From: the human T2T-CHM13v2.0 reference genome, Homo sapiens
DNA length: 64,000 nt
Assembly: GCF_009914755.1 (NCBI RefSeq)
Contig: NC_060928.1
Reading direction: 5' to 3' (one strand)
The notes under the pieces were generated by a model. The model was given only the letters and a program-made list of their open reading frames with translations, made no database searches and was not told the DNA's origin. Positions 25,870 through 43,926 of the stretch are shown one piece after another; the stretch's first letter is position 1; the number at the start of each line of letters is the position of its first letter. The translations under genes and the position numbers were made by a program.

Positions 25870-27700
25870 CATGCTACAGAAATTTATCCTCTCAAGCCCA
25901 CAAACAACTTTCCTTTTGTTAAATTCAGTGGAAATTTCTCAGTCTTCATCTTACCTGAACCATGAGCGGCATTTGATACAGTTTATTAGTCCCTTCTCTT
26001 TGGAACACTCTTTATTTGGCTTCCATGACACCAAAATCTGCTACCTTACTGCTTGCTCCAAGTTTCTTTAGCTGGTTCCTTCTTTCCTTTTTGACCCCTT
26101 AGCAGAGTATTGCTCAGAACTCGGGCTTTAGACTTTTTTTTTCTATATATATATTATTCCCTTAGTGAGCTCATCCAGTCATGCCATAAAAATGATGTAT
26201 TTCCTGATGACTCCAAAATCTATATCTCTAGTCTTTCTCTCAAAATTCAGACGCATCCATCTTGACATCTTCACTTATATATCTAATAGCATCAGAAAGA
26301 ACAGTTCCAAAATTTAGCTTCTGCTGTGCTCTCCCAGTATCAATCAAGATAAACTAGATGATGATGCAATAGTAAGTAGCCCCAAAATCTTAGTGGTTTT
26401 GTGTAACAAAAGGTTATTTCTGGCTTTAGCTATATCTCCAACATAGATTAGCAGGGAAGTAGAATAATCATAGTTATTTATGTACACAGATGAAGCTCTA
26501 TTGCAACTCATGTACTCAGAGGCTCTATCTTACTGTATACTTCCATGATCACTTCTGAAAAAAACTGTACATGTGTATAGCACCATGCACAGGCCCTTAA
26601 AAACTTCAAATGGAAAATGACCTCCATCACTTCTGCTCATATTTTATTAGCTAAAACAAATCACATATACATGTCTAAGTTCCAAATTTGTAAGTGCAAT
26701 CCTTTTATTCTCCCAGAAGGAGGAGATTTGAAATATTTGAGAATACCTCAAATGTTATCCAACCACCCCAATCTGCATAATCTGTTTTTATCACAGTCCA
26801 ATCCATCCCCATAAAAGGAAGTTCCTTTCTTTTGGGTACTTGGACTCATCGTCTATTTCTCATATTTTTCTCAAGCCCTGTTACTTATCCATCAGCATAT
26901 CTCTTAGGTCTACCTTCACAATATATCCAGAATATCATTACTTCTTACCATTTTCACTGTTAACACCATCACTGCCTCCTGAATTACTACAAGATCCCCC
27001 TAACAAACAGGTATTTATGCTATTGCCATGCCCCTCTTCATTCTGTTCTTAACAAAGTAACTTAAGAGATCCAATTCAAACTTCAGTTCAACCATATTCC
27101 CTCTCTGTTCAAAACCTTACCATCTCAGAATAATATAATTTATATTTTTAGGTTTTTGGACTTTGTTTCCTTTAGACCTCCTCTGTGGTCAACACAATTC
27201 ATTTTTACTATCATCTCCAAATTATTATACCATCTAAACCTTTTTCTCCCTTACTTTATCTATTAATATGCTTCCCCTCAATCATTAATTTAGCTATAGT
27301 GGACTCTTCTATGATTCTGAATGAAGCATGTTGGAATCTCAACTCAGAGCTTTTTCATTTGTTGTTTCCTCCTGTTGGAGAGCTCTTCTGTCACATCACT
27401 GCATAGTGTGCTCCTTTATGTTCTACATGACTTAACTAAGCATCATTTTTTTTTCATCTGAGGCTTCCCTGGACATCCAGCATTTCCTGTTCCCCTTCCT
27501 CATTTATTTTTCCATGCTCACTAACATAAATATTATATATTTTATTTTTTTCCTCTGGTATTATGTATCTCCATGCTAGAATTTAATCTCCATGAGAACA
27601 GAGATTTTTGCATGTTTTTGTATGCTGTATCCCAGTGCCTAGATAAGTATTTGGTACATAGTATGAACTCAAAACACATATATTGAATGCAATTAAAAAT
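25870..27700 (+). mobile_element. L2a fragments, with an old MLT1-like LTR inserted at ~26335-26760
   Basis: gagctcatccagtc, gatgactccaaaatctatatctctag, tctaccttcacaatatatccagaat; 3' end ctccatgagaacagagat...tgtatcccagtgcctaga. Confidence 0.7.
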
Positions 27701-27714
27701 TTTATAAAGAAATA

Positions 27715-28060
27715 CAAAGCGGGTAAACAGAGACACTGACAGGTAGGGCTATTTCAGATTGGATGCTAGGGAAGTCCTCTTTAAATAGGTGATAGATCAG
27801 CAGAGACTTGAATCGAGTGATGAAGTAAGCCATGCAGCTATCTAGGGGATGAGACTTCCAGCAAAAGGAAACAGAAATGCAACAGCAATGAGACAGGGGT
27901 GTGTTTTCTAGGAATAGCAAGCAGGTAAGCATGATTATAGTTTCAGAGACAAAAAGGAAGTATTAAGAGATAAGATTATAGCTTTAGCCAGAGTAAAATT
28001 ATATTAGCATTATAGGCCATGATAAGAAATTCAGATTTTAGTTCTAAAGTAGATTTGACA
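27715..28060 (-). mobile_element. L2 fragment, reverse orientation
   Basis: agggaagtcctct...ggtgatagatcagcagagacttgaa...gtaagccatgcagctatctagggga...ttccagca. Confidence 0.65.
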
Positions 28061-28594
28061 ACTAAGTTTCAGGAGCTGTGGTAAAAGATAGGAATACAAT
28101 AATGACCAAAAATTTCCAGTTACTACCCTTTCGACAGTCTAATGATAGAAACACATATTAATGAGCCAAATCAGTAGAATAAATGTAAATTGCAACTGTG
28201 TTATCATCAACATATACCCCATTTTCTATGATGACTACCACCACCAAAAGGGTTGTTCAGAAGTGGTAGAGATGTAAAATTCTATTCTAGGTCTTCTAAT
28301 TAACTGATTTCTTGACATTGAAAGAATTGATTAACTTCTTGATGTTCCTGTCTCTGTCTAAACATTTCAGAACAATATTTTCACACTGTGAGAATGTAAA
28401 ATCAATCATTTAAGTTATATCTAGTAATTTAACATAAAACCAGTACAACAGGGGCTATTTTCGTCCTGTGCCATGTAAGTGAAAAAATAATTTTGCTTAT
28501 TTTTTACCTATTTAAACTCCAGTTTCCTTCCACTCTCCCTCTCCTGATGACGCCATTCCTCCTCTCCCTGTTTTTTTATTTTTTTCACTTTTAA

Positions 28595-29173
<579 letters not shown>

Positions 29174-29877
29174 TCTCCTCTTTTTTTTAATCCTCATGGC
29201 TCCATGTAATTCAAATGTCTCCTGGAATCAATCCCTTCCCACTGTCAAAGGGCAGTATGCTTAGGCTAGTTATTTCCCAACTTTTTGTAGAAAAAAGTTG
29301 GGAAATAATGATCCATTGGTTTACATAAAGAAGACATTATAATGACAGTTATAGTTTATTCTCATATAAAAAGAACAATATGTCAGTTTATAATATCGAA
29401 TGAATACAGTAAGTATAAGTAGAAAATAAATACACATATATTAGCAGTGCTTGCCTTTAAAAAGGAAGCAACCAACAAACAAAAACTGAGAGTTATATGT
29501 GTGTCCAGAGAAAAAGAAGACTATTTTTATACCTATAGGCATAAAAAGACAACGTTCAGGCCTTGTGTCTTTTCTTCCATGTGGAACACTCTCTCAACAT
29601 TATTAATCTTAATTTCTGCTTCCATCTTCAATCTGATTACTCTTAATTATCACTGGAAATACCTTTAAATAATAGTAATAACTACATCTGCTATTATCAC
29701 ATTAAGTTTTTCAGACAAGCGCAAAATCTACTTATTATCATTATTTTATAAATGAAGAAACTAGATCTCAGAGTGGTTAAATAAATACAGAGTAGCCATA
29801 ATAGGAAATGACAGTGTCTGCTTGGTTACCTATCTTCAACCTTTAGCAAATTTCCAGGTATGCAATAGGTCACCAGT

Positions 29878-30417
29878 TGTGTTGCTTAATATTGAGTGTC
29901 AACTTGATTGGATTGAAGGATGCAAAATATTATACCTGCGTGTGTCTGTGAGGATGTTGCCAAAAGAGATTAACATTTTGAGTCAGTGGACTGCGAGAGG
30001 CAGACCCACCCTCAATCTGGTTGGGTACCATCTAATCAGCTGCCAGTGTGGCTAGAATAATGCAGGCAGAGGAATGTGGAAGGACTAGACTGGCTGTCTT
30101 CTAGCCTTCATCTTTCTACCATGCTGGGTGCTTCCTGCCCTCAAACATCAGACTCCAAGTTCTTCAGCTTTGGACTCCTGGACTCACATAGTGGTTTGCC
30201 AGGGACTCTCGGGGCTTTGGCCACAGACAGAAGGCTGCACTGTTAGCTTCCCAACTTTTGAGTCTGGGGACTCAGACTGGCTTCCTTGCTCCTCGGCTTG
30301 CAGATGGCATGTTGTAGGACTTCATCTTGTAATCATGTGAGTCAATACTCTTCATAAACTCCCTTTCTTATATTCATCTATCCTATTAGTCCTGTCCCTC
30401 TAGAGAACCCTAATATA
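29878..30417 (+). mobile_element. MLT2A2 (HERV-L) solo LTR, full length
   Basis: aatattgagtgtcaacttgattggattgaaggatgcaaa ... cctctagagaaccctaatata; ~540 bp; 5-bp TSD ccagt/ccaat. Confidence 0.9.
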
Positions 30418-32489
30418 CCAATAAACTTTTTTTTTAATGAATGGCCATGCTGAGATCAAAATCCAATCTTCTAGACAAAAAAAGTCCACTATATCTTGCA
30501 GTACATGCTAAGATACTTATGTCTCAATCATTAAACATGGGACAAGGTTGTCTTAGATAAATTTGAAGTGAAGGGTGGGAGTAGTCTTTATTCATTATAT
30601 ATCTAGATGAGGTATCTGAATAACAAATTATAGCGCAGAGTGAGAGAAAGCCAAAAAAGCATTAATAATTATTAAATAAATGTATTAAACATTTATTATA
30701 GGTATATCTATCTACCTATCTTTATATGCATATGTATAATGTCATTTTGTTCCTTCCCACATTCCTTAGAGAAAAGCATTGCTTAGTAAATTGTTCAGGA
30801 TGAAACAGACATTAAATGGCTCTGCCAGATTTATGACCTGGCCTGCCTGACTTCAAAGCCATTATGTAAGTACTTAAGAGAGTATTTTCTTATTCCACCT
30901 GAGACAAGGTAACAAAAATGTGTGTGGGAAAGAGAGGGTGAATTAAAAATGTAAATTAGTAATATAAATGGTAAAATTGGAAGAATGATTAGACATGGAA
31001 GTAAAAGGTAAGTTAATGTTAAAGATGACCTTAATGTTTTTAACCAAGTATGTATAACATTACTGGGAGAGATCATAAGAGCTGCAGAATTAAGACAATG
31101 GAGGTAGAGTGGATAATGATATTTAAAATGTTTCTCAAAATATTAATTCATGAAGTTGAATATAAATTACTGTAGGGCAGTTGCAGAGAAAAGGTGGCAT
31201 TGAAGAAATAGAAGAGGAGAACTCAAGATATATTACTAGGTTATATAAAGATGAAAGATATAAAATATTAAATCGCTATTGCTCAGATAATGTACTTGTG
31301 CTTATGTGAAGAGGAAAACAATAAATCTTTTCTCTGAAAGATTGTTTATAAGATGTACTACCATATGAGCAGCATGAATAGAGTCAGTGATCAATATAGT
31401 ATTTGTGGATGATGATGATGATGATATGTTTTTTGGAAGAAATAGCTATATCAAATATTTTCTTCAAGAAACATTTTGGGAACAAAGATTTACATTTTCC
31501 TATCTCCAAACTAGCTTTGAATTATAGCCTTAATTTCCTAGGTAATAGATCTGCCGTGATTGAGCTTAAATGTTTTAGACTACAAAGTTAATTCATTGCT
31601 CAGCAAGAGTGGGAGGTCATGTCCCCTCAGCCATAGGGAGAGAGATTGTACACCAAGTGCTGTTTCCACACACACTGGAGTCAATGTGCCCTTCTTAGTC
31701 AAAAACGACATACATTCTGGCTCTTGAACTAGCTTGCCCCTGGTCCATCTGCCATGATGGCAATGTGCCCATTGAGAAAATACTCTGCCAGGTTTAGCTG
31801 GACAAAGGTACCAGTCAAAAAGGGATTAGAAAGGGGGTTTGTTTCACATGAAAATGAATATACTAAGGTAAAAAAAAATATGACTTCATCCTTGAAGACA
31901 CATCTGAACTGTGAACACTGAAAACACTTTACACCATTTAATCAGAATAAGCAATGGCCTTCAAGAAGCTTGTAGATCCAGGTTGTATCCCATTGAGTTA
32001 GTTATAGGTCTGTTTCACTAAAACTAACAGGAACAAACTGTTAACTCTTCAGAACATCACTATAGACTTTTAGGGCAGTAAGCCCTTATAGAAAGTAAAT
32101 AAATAATAGTAAAGACAAAATTAATCTTTGATATTAATTACGGTGTCAAAGAAGAATAACAGAGAACAGAAAATAATCAGTCTTCTTGACGGGCTAAATC
32201 ATAGCATTCAAACACTTGGACATTCTATATTCTTTCTCATTTTGCTATTTGTAACTGTAGTAGTTCCTCACCTTATATTTCTAGCATATGTAATCATAGG
32301 AATTCCACCAACAAAGATATGTCACACAATTTCCAATAAAAGTATGGCATTGACTCAAGTAATGTGTTTCTAGAGAAGTTAGTAGGCTGAGAGATGATAA
32401 CTGTCAGCTTTAAGAAGAAAAATGGCTTTTTATAGTATTTGGCAACAATAATTAGGTAGGTACTCAGCTATCAGAAATAAACCATTTTT

Positions 32490-32808
32490 GCTGCGTGTGT
32501 AAGGGATCTAAGTTGTGCACTCCTTATGAGAATCTAATGCCTGATGATCTGTCACTGTCTCCCATCACCTCCAGATCAAGTTGCAGGAAAACAAGCTCAG
32601 GGCTTCCACTGATTCTACATTATGGTGAGTTGTATAATTACTTCATTACATATTACAATGTAATAGTAATAGAAATAAAGTGCACAATAAGTGTAATGTG
32701 CTTGAATCATCCCAAAACCATCCCCTCCACACCCCTCCCCACTGAGTATGTGGAAAAACTGTCTCCCATAAAACCTGTTCCTGGTGCCAAAAAGTTTGGG
32801 GACTGCTG
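32490..32808 (+). mobile_element. MER1A 3' portion (hAT-Charlie)
   Basis: gagaatctaatgcctgatgatctgtcactgtctcccatcac ... cagggcttccactgattctacattatggtgag ... ggtgccaaaaagtttggggactgctg. Confidence 0.9.
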
Positions 32809-33717
32809 CTCCAGAGGCATCATCGCAATTGAATCTCACCACAGTCCTCTAAATCAGGCAATAATAATAACCGTACTTTGCAAATGTGGAAGTCTTGCCA
32901 AATACCACAAAACTATTCTGTCTCAGCCTTCGAATTTAAACCAGTCTATTTGACTCCAGAACTGAATGCCTAAAAATTAACCTGTATTCTTTTACTATTA
33001 TTACCACAAATATTTAGCAATCACTTCCATATTATGGAACTAAAAAGAAATTATAGAGACAAAGGGAAGTCTGAGGACCATAATATCTTTTAAAAATTCC
33101 CTTACGTTAGAGCTCTTTTCCCAACCTCTTAGTTATCCTTTATTTTAGGATTAAAATTTTAAAATACCCATTATTGCCCATTTGTAAATCCCTAAGTAGT
33201 CCCACATGATTCCAGAAAATGAGCTGTCAATGTTAGTTTGTCTTGTGGGAAACCGTCCAAAAGTATCCTGTTGGTCTACTTACACGCAGTCATGCATAAT
33301 TTACTGGATAATCACTAGTGTCCTAATCAATAACTCTATCTACCTACTCACTAATCCAGTTGAAGAGCTATGTGATTTAACATGCAATAGACTTAGGACT
33401 AGCCCTTGGCGACACTGAATTCTGTGTTTGGTATCTGCTTCTCTCCTTATCAACTATTCTTCCCAAACTTAGACCATTGTTCTCACACAATTTCAAGCAA
33501 GAAGGACTTATAAAAGCAATGTGTTCACTTCCCCTCACTCAGTATGGGAAAATTGAGATTCATAAATGATAAGTTATTTATTTAATCTTATTTGACCTAA
33601 GGCCATTAAATTAACCAATTAATGATAAGGTCAAATCTAACAGCCTGTCCTGGGTATGCTGATTTTCCACATTACAAAAAACTGACCATGGTTTTTCTCT
33701 AAAACGTTTCCAAAGCA

Positions 33718-34024
33718 GGCCAGGCCCAAAGGCTTACACCTATATCCTAGCACTTTGGGAGGCCGAGGTGGCTGGATCACTTGAGCTCAGGAGTTCAAGA
33801 CCTGTCGGGGCAACATGGTGAAAACCCATCTCTACAAAAAAAATACAAAAAAAAAAATTAGCCAGGTGCAGTGGTGTGCACCTGTGGTCCCAGCTGCTGG
33901 GGAGGCTGAGGTGGGAGGATCGCTTGAGTACAGAAGCAAAGGTTGCAGTGAGCAGAGATTGGGCCACTGCACTCCAGGCTGGTTGATGGGCATGGAATCT
34001 TGTCTCAGATGCGGGAAAAAAAAG
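33718..34024 (+). mobile_element. AluJ
   Basis: ggatcacttgagctcaggagttcaagac, gaggtgggaggatcgcttgag, A-tail. Confidence 0.93.
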
Positions 34025-34137
34025 AAATCCTTGCCTGTGTGTGACAGGAGAATAAGGTTCTATGCATTCCATTTGGTTTCAGCTAAAGAAATTCACCTTT
34101 GCTTTAAAGCAGCCTTTAGTATTAAAAACTCACTGGA

Positions 34138-34499
34138 TGCAATGAACTGAATGTTTGTGTCCCCCAAAAATTCACATGTTGAAATACTAACCCCCAGTGT
34201 TATGGTATTAGGAAGTGGGTCTTTGAAAGGCAATTAGGTCATAAAAATGGATCCCTCATGAATGGGATTTGTGCCTTTATAAAACTGACCCCAGAGAGTT
34301 ACTCAAGCTATTTCCACCATGTAAGGATTCAATAAGTCAGCAGTCTGCAACCCCAAGTGGGGTCATCACCAGAATCCAACCGCGCTGGCACCGTGATCTC
34401 AGACTTCTAGCCTCCAGACCCCAAGGAAATAAGTTTATATTGTACATAAGCCACCCAATCTGTGGTACTTTGTTAAAGCAGCCCAAGCTGACTAAGACC
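34138..34499 (+). mobile_element. MLT1A0-like MaLR solo LTR, followed by a MIR fragment (~34500-34640)
   Basis: actgaatgtttgtgtcccccaaaaattcacatgttgaaat ... gcagcccaagctgactaagac. Confidence 0.88.
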
Positions 34500-35009
34500 C
34501 TGAGTTTCTAGTCCAGCTCTGGTACTAATCAGTGCTTACCTTAGGCAAGTAACTTCATCTCTCTGGATCATAAAAATTAAATATTTATAAAATGAGAACC
34601 TAAAATTGATGGCCTTTAAATTCCCTTTTCAGCTTAAGAAATTCATGAAGCCATAGTACTTCTGCTGTCCAGTAAATGAGGTATCTCAGGTGGATAATGA
34701 CAAATTTATAACATTTTATGAAAGACAAACATATGTCCCAGTTTGACTAGTCTTGGTTTACACTTGTTGTCTTCATGTAATTAACCACTTCCACTCTCAA
34801 AATTATTCTGGTTTGGAAAATAAATTGTAAAAAAATAAAAATAAAAACTCTGTGCTTGCAGGAGAGATCAATATTGGGACAGGTTAACATATTTATATGT
34901 CATGTAAAATACTGATAATGATAATAATTTCTACACTTAAAAGAGCAACTACTATGTACCTAAATACTTCTACATCATGTCATTCCAAGAGGGCAGAGTC
35001 ATTGCCAAG

Positions 35010-35225
35010 AGGATGATACCTAGTGTCAGATTTCTGGATTCAAACTTTACTCTGCCATTTACTTATTAACTATGTAAGTTGCCAAAAATCTGTTTCCTCA
35101 TCTAAAGAAAAAGGAGATGGTTGTAAGATTAACTTTTAAGATCTAAATGAGTAAATTCAGAACAAGTGCTTCAAATTGTACCTGGTAAATAGTAATTGAT
35201 CAATAAACATTAGGTATCATTATTC
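35010..35225 (+). mobile_element. MIR SINE
   Basis: ctggattcaaactttactctgccatttact ... ctgtttcctcatctaaa ... cctggtaaatagtaa. Confidence 0.65.
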
Positions 35226-38200
35226 ACAAAACAAGTATATGAGGCACTTCATATTAGCTCTATTTTATAGATCCTCATTTGAAGCTTCGGGGAACTTTAA
35301 ACATTTTGCCTAAAAGGTGACATATTTTATTTCTTTCAATTTTTGAACATGCTTACCTCTTTCTTATCATGGGTCCTACAGATTCCACTCTCATTGCCTC
35401 AGTCAGTCACTCTTCCTACCACTTTCCAAATGGCTGCCCCCATTACCTTTCAGGCCCCAATTTAAATGCCTCCTCTTCAGAAAAGCACTGTCTAATCCAC
35501 CAGTACAAAATGTGTTACAAAACCCAACTCTTGTTACTTTCTGTCATATTATTCTTCTTCAAAGCATGTGCCTCCATGTTTGATTATATTTGCTTGGTTG
35601 GTTGCAGCTTATTTCTGTTTTCTCCACAAGGCCCCATATTTGGGGAAGTCAAGACACATATCAGTGTTTTTTGTTATGGAGTATCTGGCACATAATAAGC
35701 ACTTTAATAATGTGCACTTTAGCTCATTTTTTAAAGGTGCTTGTTATGCATTTATTCAAGGAATGGACAACTAACAAGTGCCTAATTTGGGATCTACCCG
35801 TATTAGGCAAAATGCTTTGTTGGTGCACTCATTACACTGCAACCTGCATGTCAGATGATCTGCTTAAGAAAGCCTATGTAATCATTAGATAAATCACATA
35901 TTTTTAAATAAACCAAATTTATTTAAAATGAACTTGAAACTAGATGTCTTCAAACAGAATTTCTAATCATTCTTAGAGGTTGCATTTTCTCCTGCACAGG
36001 ATAAAAAATACTTGCATTAGGTTTGCTCACATGAAGATGCCGTTTTTATAGGTCAGTATCAGTTAAATAATTTCTAAACCAGGAATATTGGTCATCAATT
36101 CATAAAGATGGTTCTTGGGTTTCAATTCCCTACTATGTATAGCTAATCCGGTAACAAAAACAAAATGATTTTGAGGCAAATAATTGACTAAGAAAAAAAG
36201 AAATTGTGCACAAGTTGGTCTTCATCACAAGTGCCCATGAATAAACTAAAGAGATAGAATTAAAAAATATGTATTTCTTGAGAATTTGTCATCTGTAAAA
36301 ACAAGTGCCATGTATTGTAACTTGTCTTTGTTTTATTCAAATTTATTTGATCTGGGTTAAGGGCAGAAAGTCCACATAAATATGAAATTCATGTAATTCA
36401 AGAGTCATTGCTAAAGGACAGAATAAAATGAATTAAGGCAATTCTATGGGAGAAAAATAATATTAAATGAATAAAACTAAGTAATATGTGATATAATCAT
36501 GATTCTATGTGTTGTTAGCAAAAGTTACTTCAATCCTTTACTTTTTAGTAGGCAGTTTGCAACCTAGTTTCATGGTCTCCCAGGGACTTCGACTCTTTAA
36601 ATAAAGATTAAATTAGATACCACAGTTGAATCCAGTGTTTAAGAACATTTATTTCTATATTTTCCCTAATTCTCCACATCATATTCAGTTTAGATGTTAG
36701 CATCTCAAATGCTGTATGTTTTATATTTTAAACAGGTAATTGAATAAAATTTCAACTAAGAATTAATTACATCTCTGAAATGATCTCTCTCCTTCCTGTT
36801 AGTGCATGAATCATACACTGGAAGAAACATCATCTTCAGGATGAGAAGATTAGCAGGAGAGACTGTTTAGTCAGTTTTCACATTAACAGGCAGGCCAGTT
36901 GAAATTACTCCTCAGATTTGATTTGGCCTGCAGCCAGATGGTTGATACTGTTAATAGAGAAAACATCTGTTTACCCTAATGTGTTAGTTTACTGAGCTTG
37001 GAGGCCATCAACATGAGCCGCTGTGCACAGGTATTATAAAAGGAGTGAAAACTCTTTTTTTCCTTTGGAAGTCAAAAGTAGATAGAAGCATCTAGTCTCA
37101 TCATCCCCATGTTAGGGTGTCCTCAGACCTTGATGATAAACAATTACAGACAGCCCAGAGACCACACAGTGTTCTTATTATTTATGAATCATTATTTCTC
37201 TTTCTTCAAATTTGAGTGACATCAGATTTTGTATTTCTAATGAAATTGGCTGAAATGAAGCAATTAATAAGAAAACTGTATACACTGTATGTGGTTAATC
37301 AGCAAATTCAAGAAAATCCACCATTATTTAATTCCGTCACTTCTGAAACAGCCTCAGAACAACAGCCTGGAGTTTATTTTTATTTTTATTTTTTGCATCT
37401 AAAAGAGATACTCAGTTTACATGATTTACAGAGACTAGGTTAAATTTACTGATGGTACAAAATAGCCATCTCTGCAATAGATAAAACCCTAAAAATTGTA
37501 CAAATGTGTGAGAAAAAGACGTCTCAAAATTAGGGGAGAGGTGTAATATCTTCAAAAACTTAGAATTACATGTTCAGAGAAGTTCTTGTGAAGTTTGTAA
37601 GGTGACCAAACTTCTGCACTACTTTGGGTCATTATGCAAACCTTCATAAATAATTATTGGTTATTGAAGTACAAGGAAAACAAGTTTTCGTTTATTTGGA
37701 GAAGGTCATTACTTAAATGTAGATGGTCTCATTGCTTTGTGGGATAGGCTAATGAAAAATGTACTTGCTCACCACAGCAAGAATCAGGGCATGAACTAAA
37801 GCCATAAAACTTTTATGGTGCTTCTCCACAGATACCACATTGCTTTCTTTGCCTTTACTTTTCGCAGCACACTTGATAGGAAAAAAGCTAAGTGCAGGAC
37901 CAATATTCAAAAGGATTGCTCAAACTTAAATTATTTTACTTTGGAGCTGAAGCAGAGTCCTTCTGACAGCTTTACTGGCTGCAGGTTTGGTGGGAGGTAA
38001 AGCCATGCTCCATGTAGTGTTGCAAGTATGAAGTATAAATCAGGTTTCATAAATATGCCCATTTGGTGTACTCAATTGACTGTAAAATAATTATGCTCTG
38101 CTGTGTAATTGTTGTGCTGTGGAAGAAAACAGGACTTCTAAACATTTAACGGAAAGTGATTATGCAGCCTGAATTAAGACTGTATTTTCTCCCACCATCT

Positions 38201-40037
38201 TCTGTAGTGCAACAAAAGCACTTTGTAACAATTTCGTCTTAAATCCATAGGGTGTCAGGCTGCCTAGGCATTAGGGTTGTTTTTTCTTTCTTTCCTTTCT
38301 TTCCACACTTGTTTCTGACTGTCTATTTGTCCTCCTCCTTCACTATTTTAGATCAATCATAAAAATAACACATTTCATTGAAAGTGTCAGGAGTTTCTTA
38401 TACTCTAGCAGCATTTTACTGACCAAGGAAAAGGTGAGATGTGAGGTTCGAGGAGAAAATATCCATTAGCTATAAAATTTTGTTTGGTCTCTTTGTTCCG
38501 CTTTTTTATTTTAAGCTTTTTCTGGAAATTTGGTAGTGTATGTTTCAAAGACTAATTATCGGGTAATCTTCAGATATATTAATAATGTAAACATTTCAGA
38601 TACACCTTGAAATGTATGTCCAAAGGTAAAGTGGCATCTGTTTCTGTATCATGGTAGAACTTCACAGAAATGCTCAATATCTGTGCCCTTTGTTATTTTT
38701 TCCAGAAATTTCTATTGAGCTAAACAGAGAAAACAAATTCAGCAGAAAATGGATAAGGATTTTCACTGTAATATTTCCAGTTCTGTAATCTTCTCTGTTT
38801 GTAAAATAAGTAAGTGCTCATTGTATGACATTTGGAAGACACATATAAGACAGGCTACCCATAATCCTATTGTTGACATTTTAATTTATGAAACGTACAC
38901 TTAAATATACAAATATTGTTCTCATGTCCAGTCATCAGGGCTCTGAACATTTGCCAGTGGATATGTTTCTCAGGTCATCAAGTCTGAATGTGAACTACAG
39001 TGTGGCAGCCCCAGTGTATAAATGCTACTGTATGCATGCATTCAAGTCCTTCCATGGGCATTATTTTATTCCCTATCCTTTAATACTTAAAGTTGTCATT
39101 TGTGTTGATATTTTCTCATGAAACTAGAAAAGAAAATTAGGAAATGGTTACTGTGAGCTCTTCAGTACATCTTTGTTAGCTTCCTAAAAATAATATTCTC
39201 TCCAGCTTGTGTCGATAAACTGTAACAATTTGCCTCCAGTCATGGTCAATCTAATCTACAAATATCAAGGCCTTGGTATTTCATTGCCCCATATATGTAA
39301 AAACTTATCTCACTCTCTTTTTCTTACATTTTGCAATAGCTAGAGAACTTCAGAATGTCTGGGGTGAAGTCATTACTCTATGTGAGGCTTCTTCAAAGAC
39401 CATCACAATCTATGGAGCTGGTGCTTTGAAGTTTATCTTTTTTCTTACCTGTCTTTGGAATCTCCAGGTGGCAGGCATTTAAGTCTATATTTCTTTAATC
39501 TAGAGCCAAAATGACTTCCTGCACTGTTGCTGCCCTCATTTATGGTACTAGAAATTTATCTTCTCTTAATTAAGGGAATCAAACTACTACATTGGAGTGC
39601 CAAACATTAAACTTCAAGGATAGAAGCGACCATCTTAAGTTAAATATAACATATTTTGTTTTAATATTTGTTCTGGCCAGATTTTTTTGAACAAAGATCA
39701 TTTTTATGTGCTTAACATATAAATAATGTATGTAAATATATTTAAAAGGTCTAATCATAAAGACAGGCTAGAGAGTCAAAAGAGGATAGTCAAAAACTGA
39801 TTTTATTTATTTATTTTTTTCTTTTTTTTATTATTATGCTTTAAGTTTTAGGGTACATGTGCACAATGTGCAGGTTAGTTACATATGTATACATGTGCCA
39901 TGCTGGTGCGCTGAGCCCACTAACTCGTCATCTAGCATTAGGTATATCTCCCAATGCTATCCCTCCCCCCTCCCCCCACCCAACAACAGGTCCCAGAGTG
40001 TGATGTTCCCCTTCCTGTGTCCATGTGTTCTCATTGT

Positions 40038-43863
<3,826 letters not shown>

Positions 43864-43926
43864 TATAATGTTAGCTGGTTATTTTGCTCGTTAGTTGATG
43901 CAGTTTCTTCGTAGTCTCGATGGTCT

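Noticed and set aside
29822-30340. ORFs within the MLT2A2 LTR and other MaLR LTRs
   Set aside because: Chance frames in non-coding LTR sequence; no gag, pol or env similarity
32495-32953. 152-aa ORF
   Set aside because: It is mostly a translation of MER1A, begins at a non-ATG codon and has no gene context
39961-39985. G-rich/G4 tracts in L1 3'UTRs (also 62162-62196)
   Set aside because: Standard feature of the L1 3'UTR
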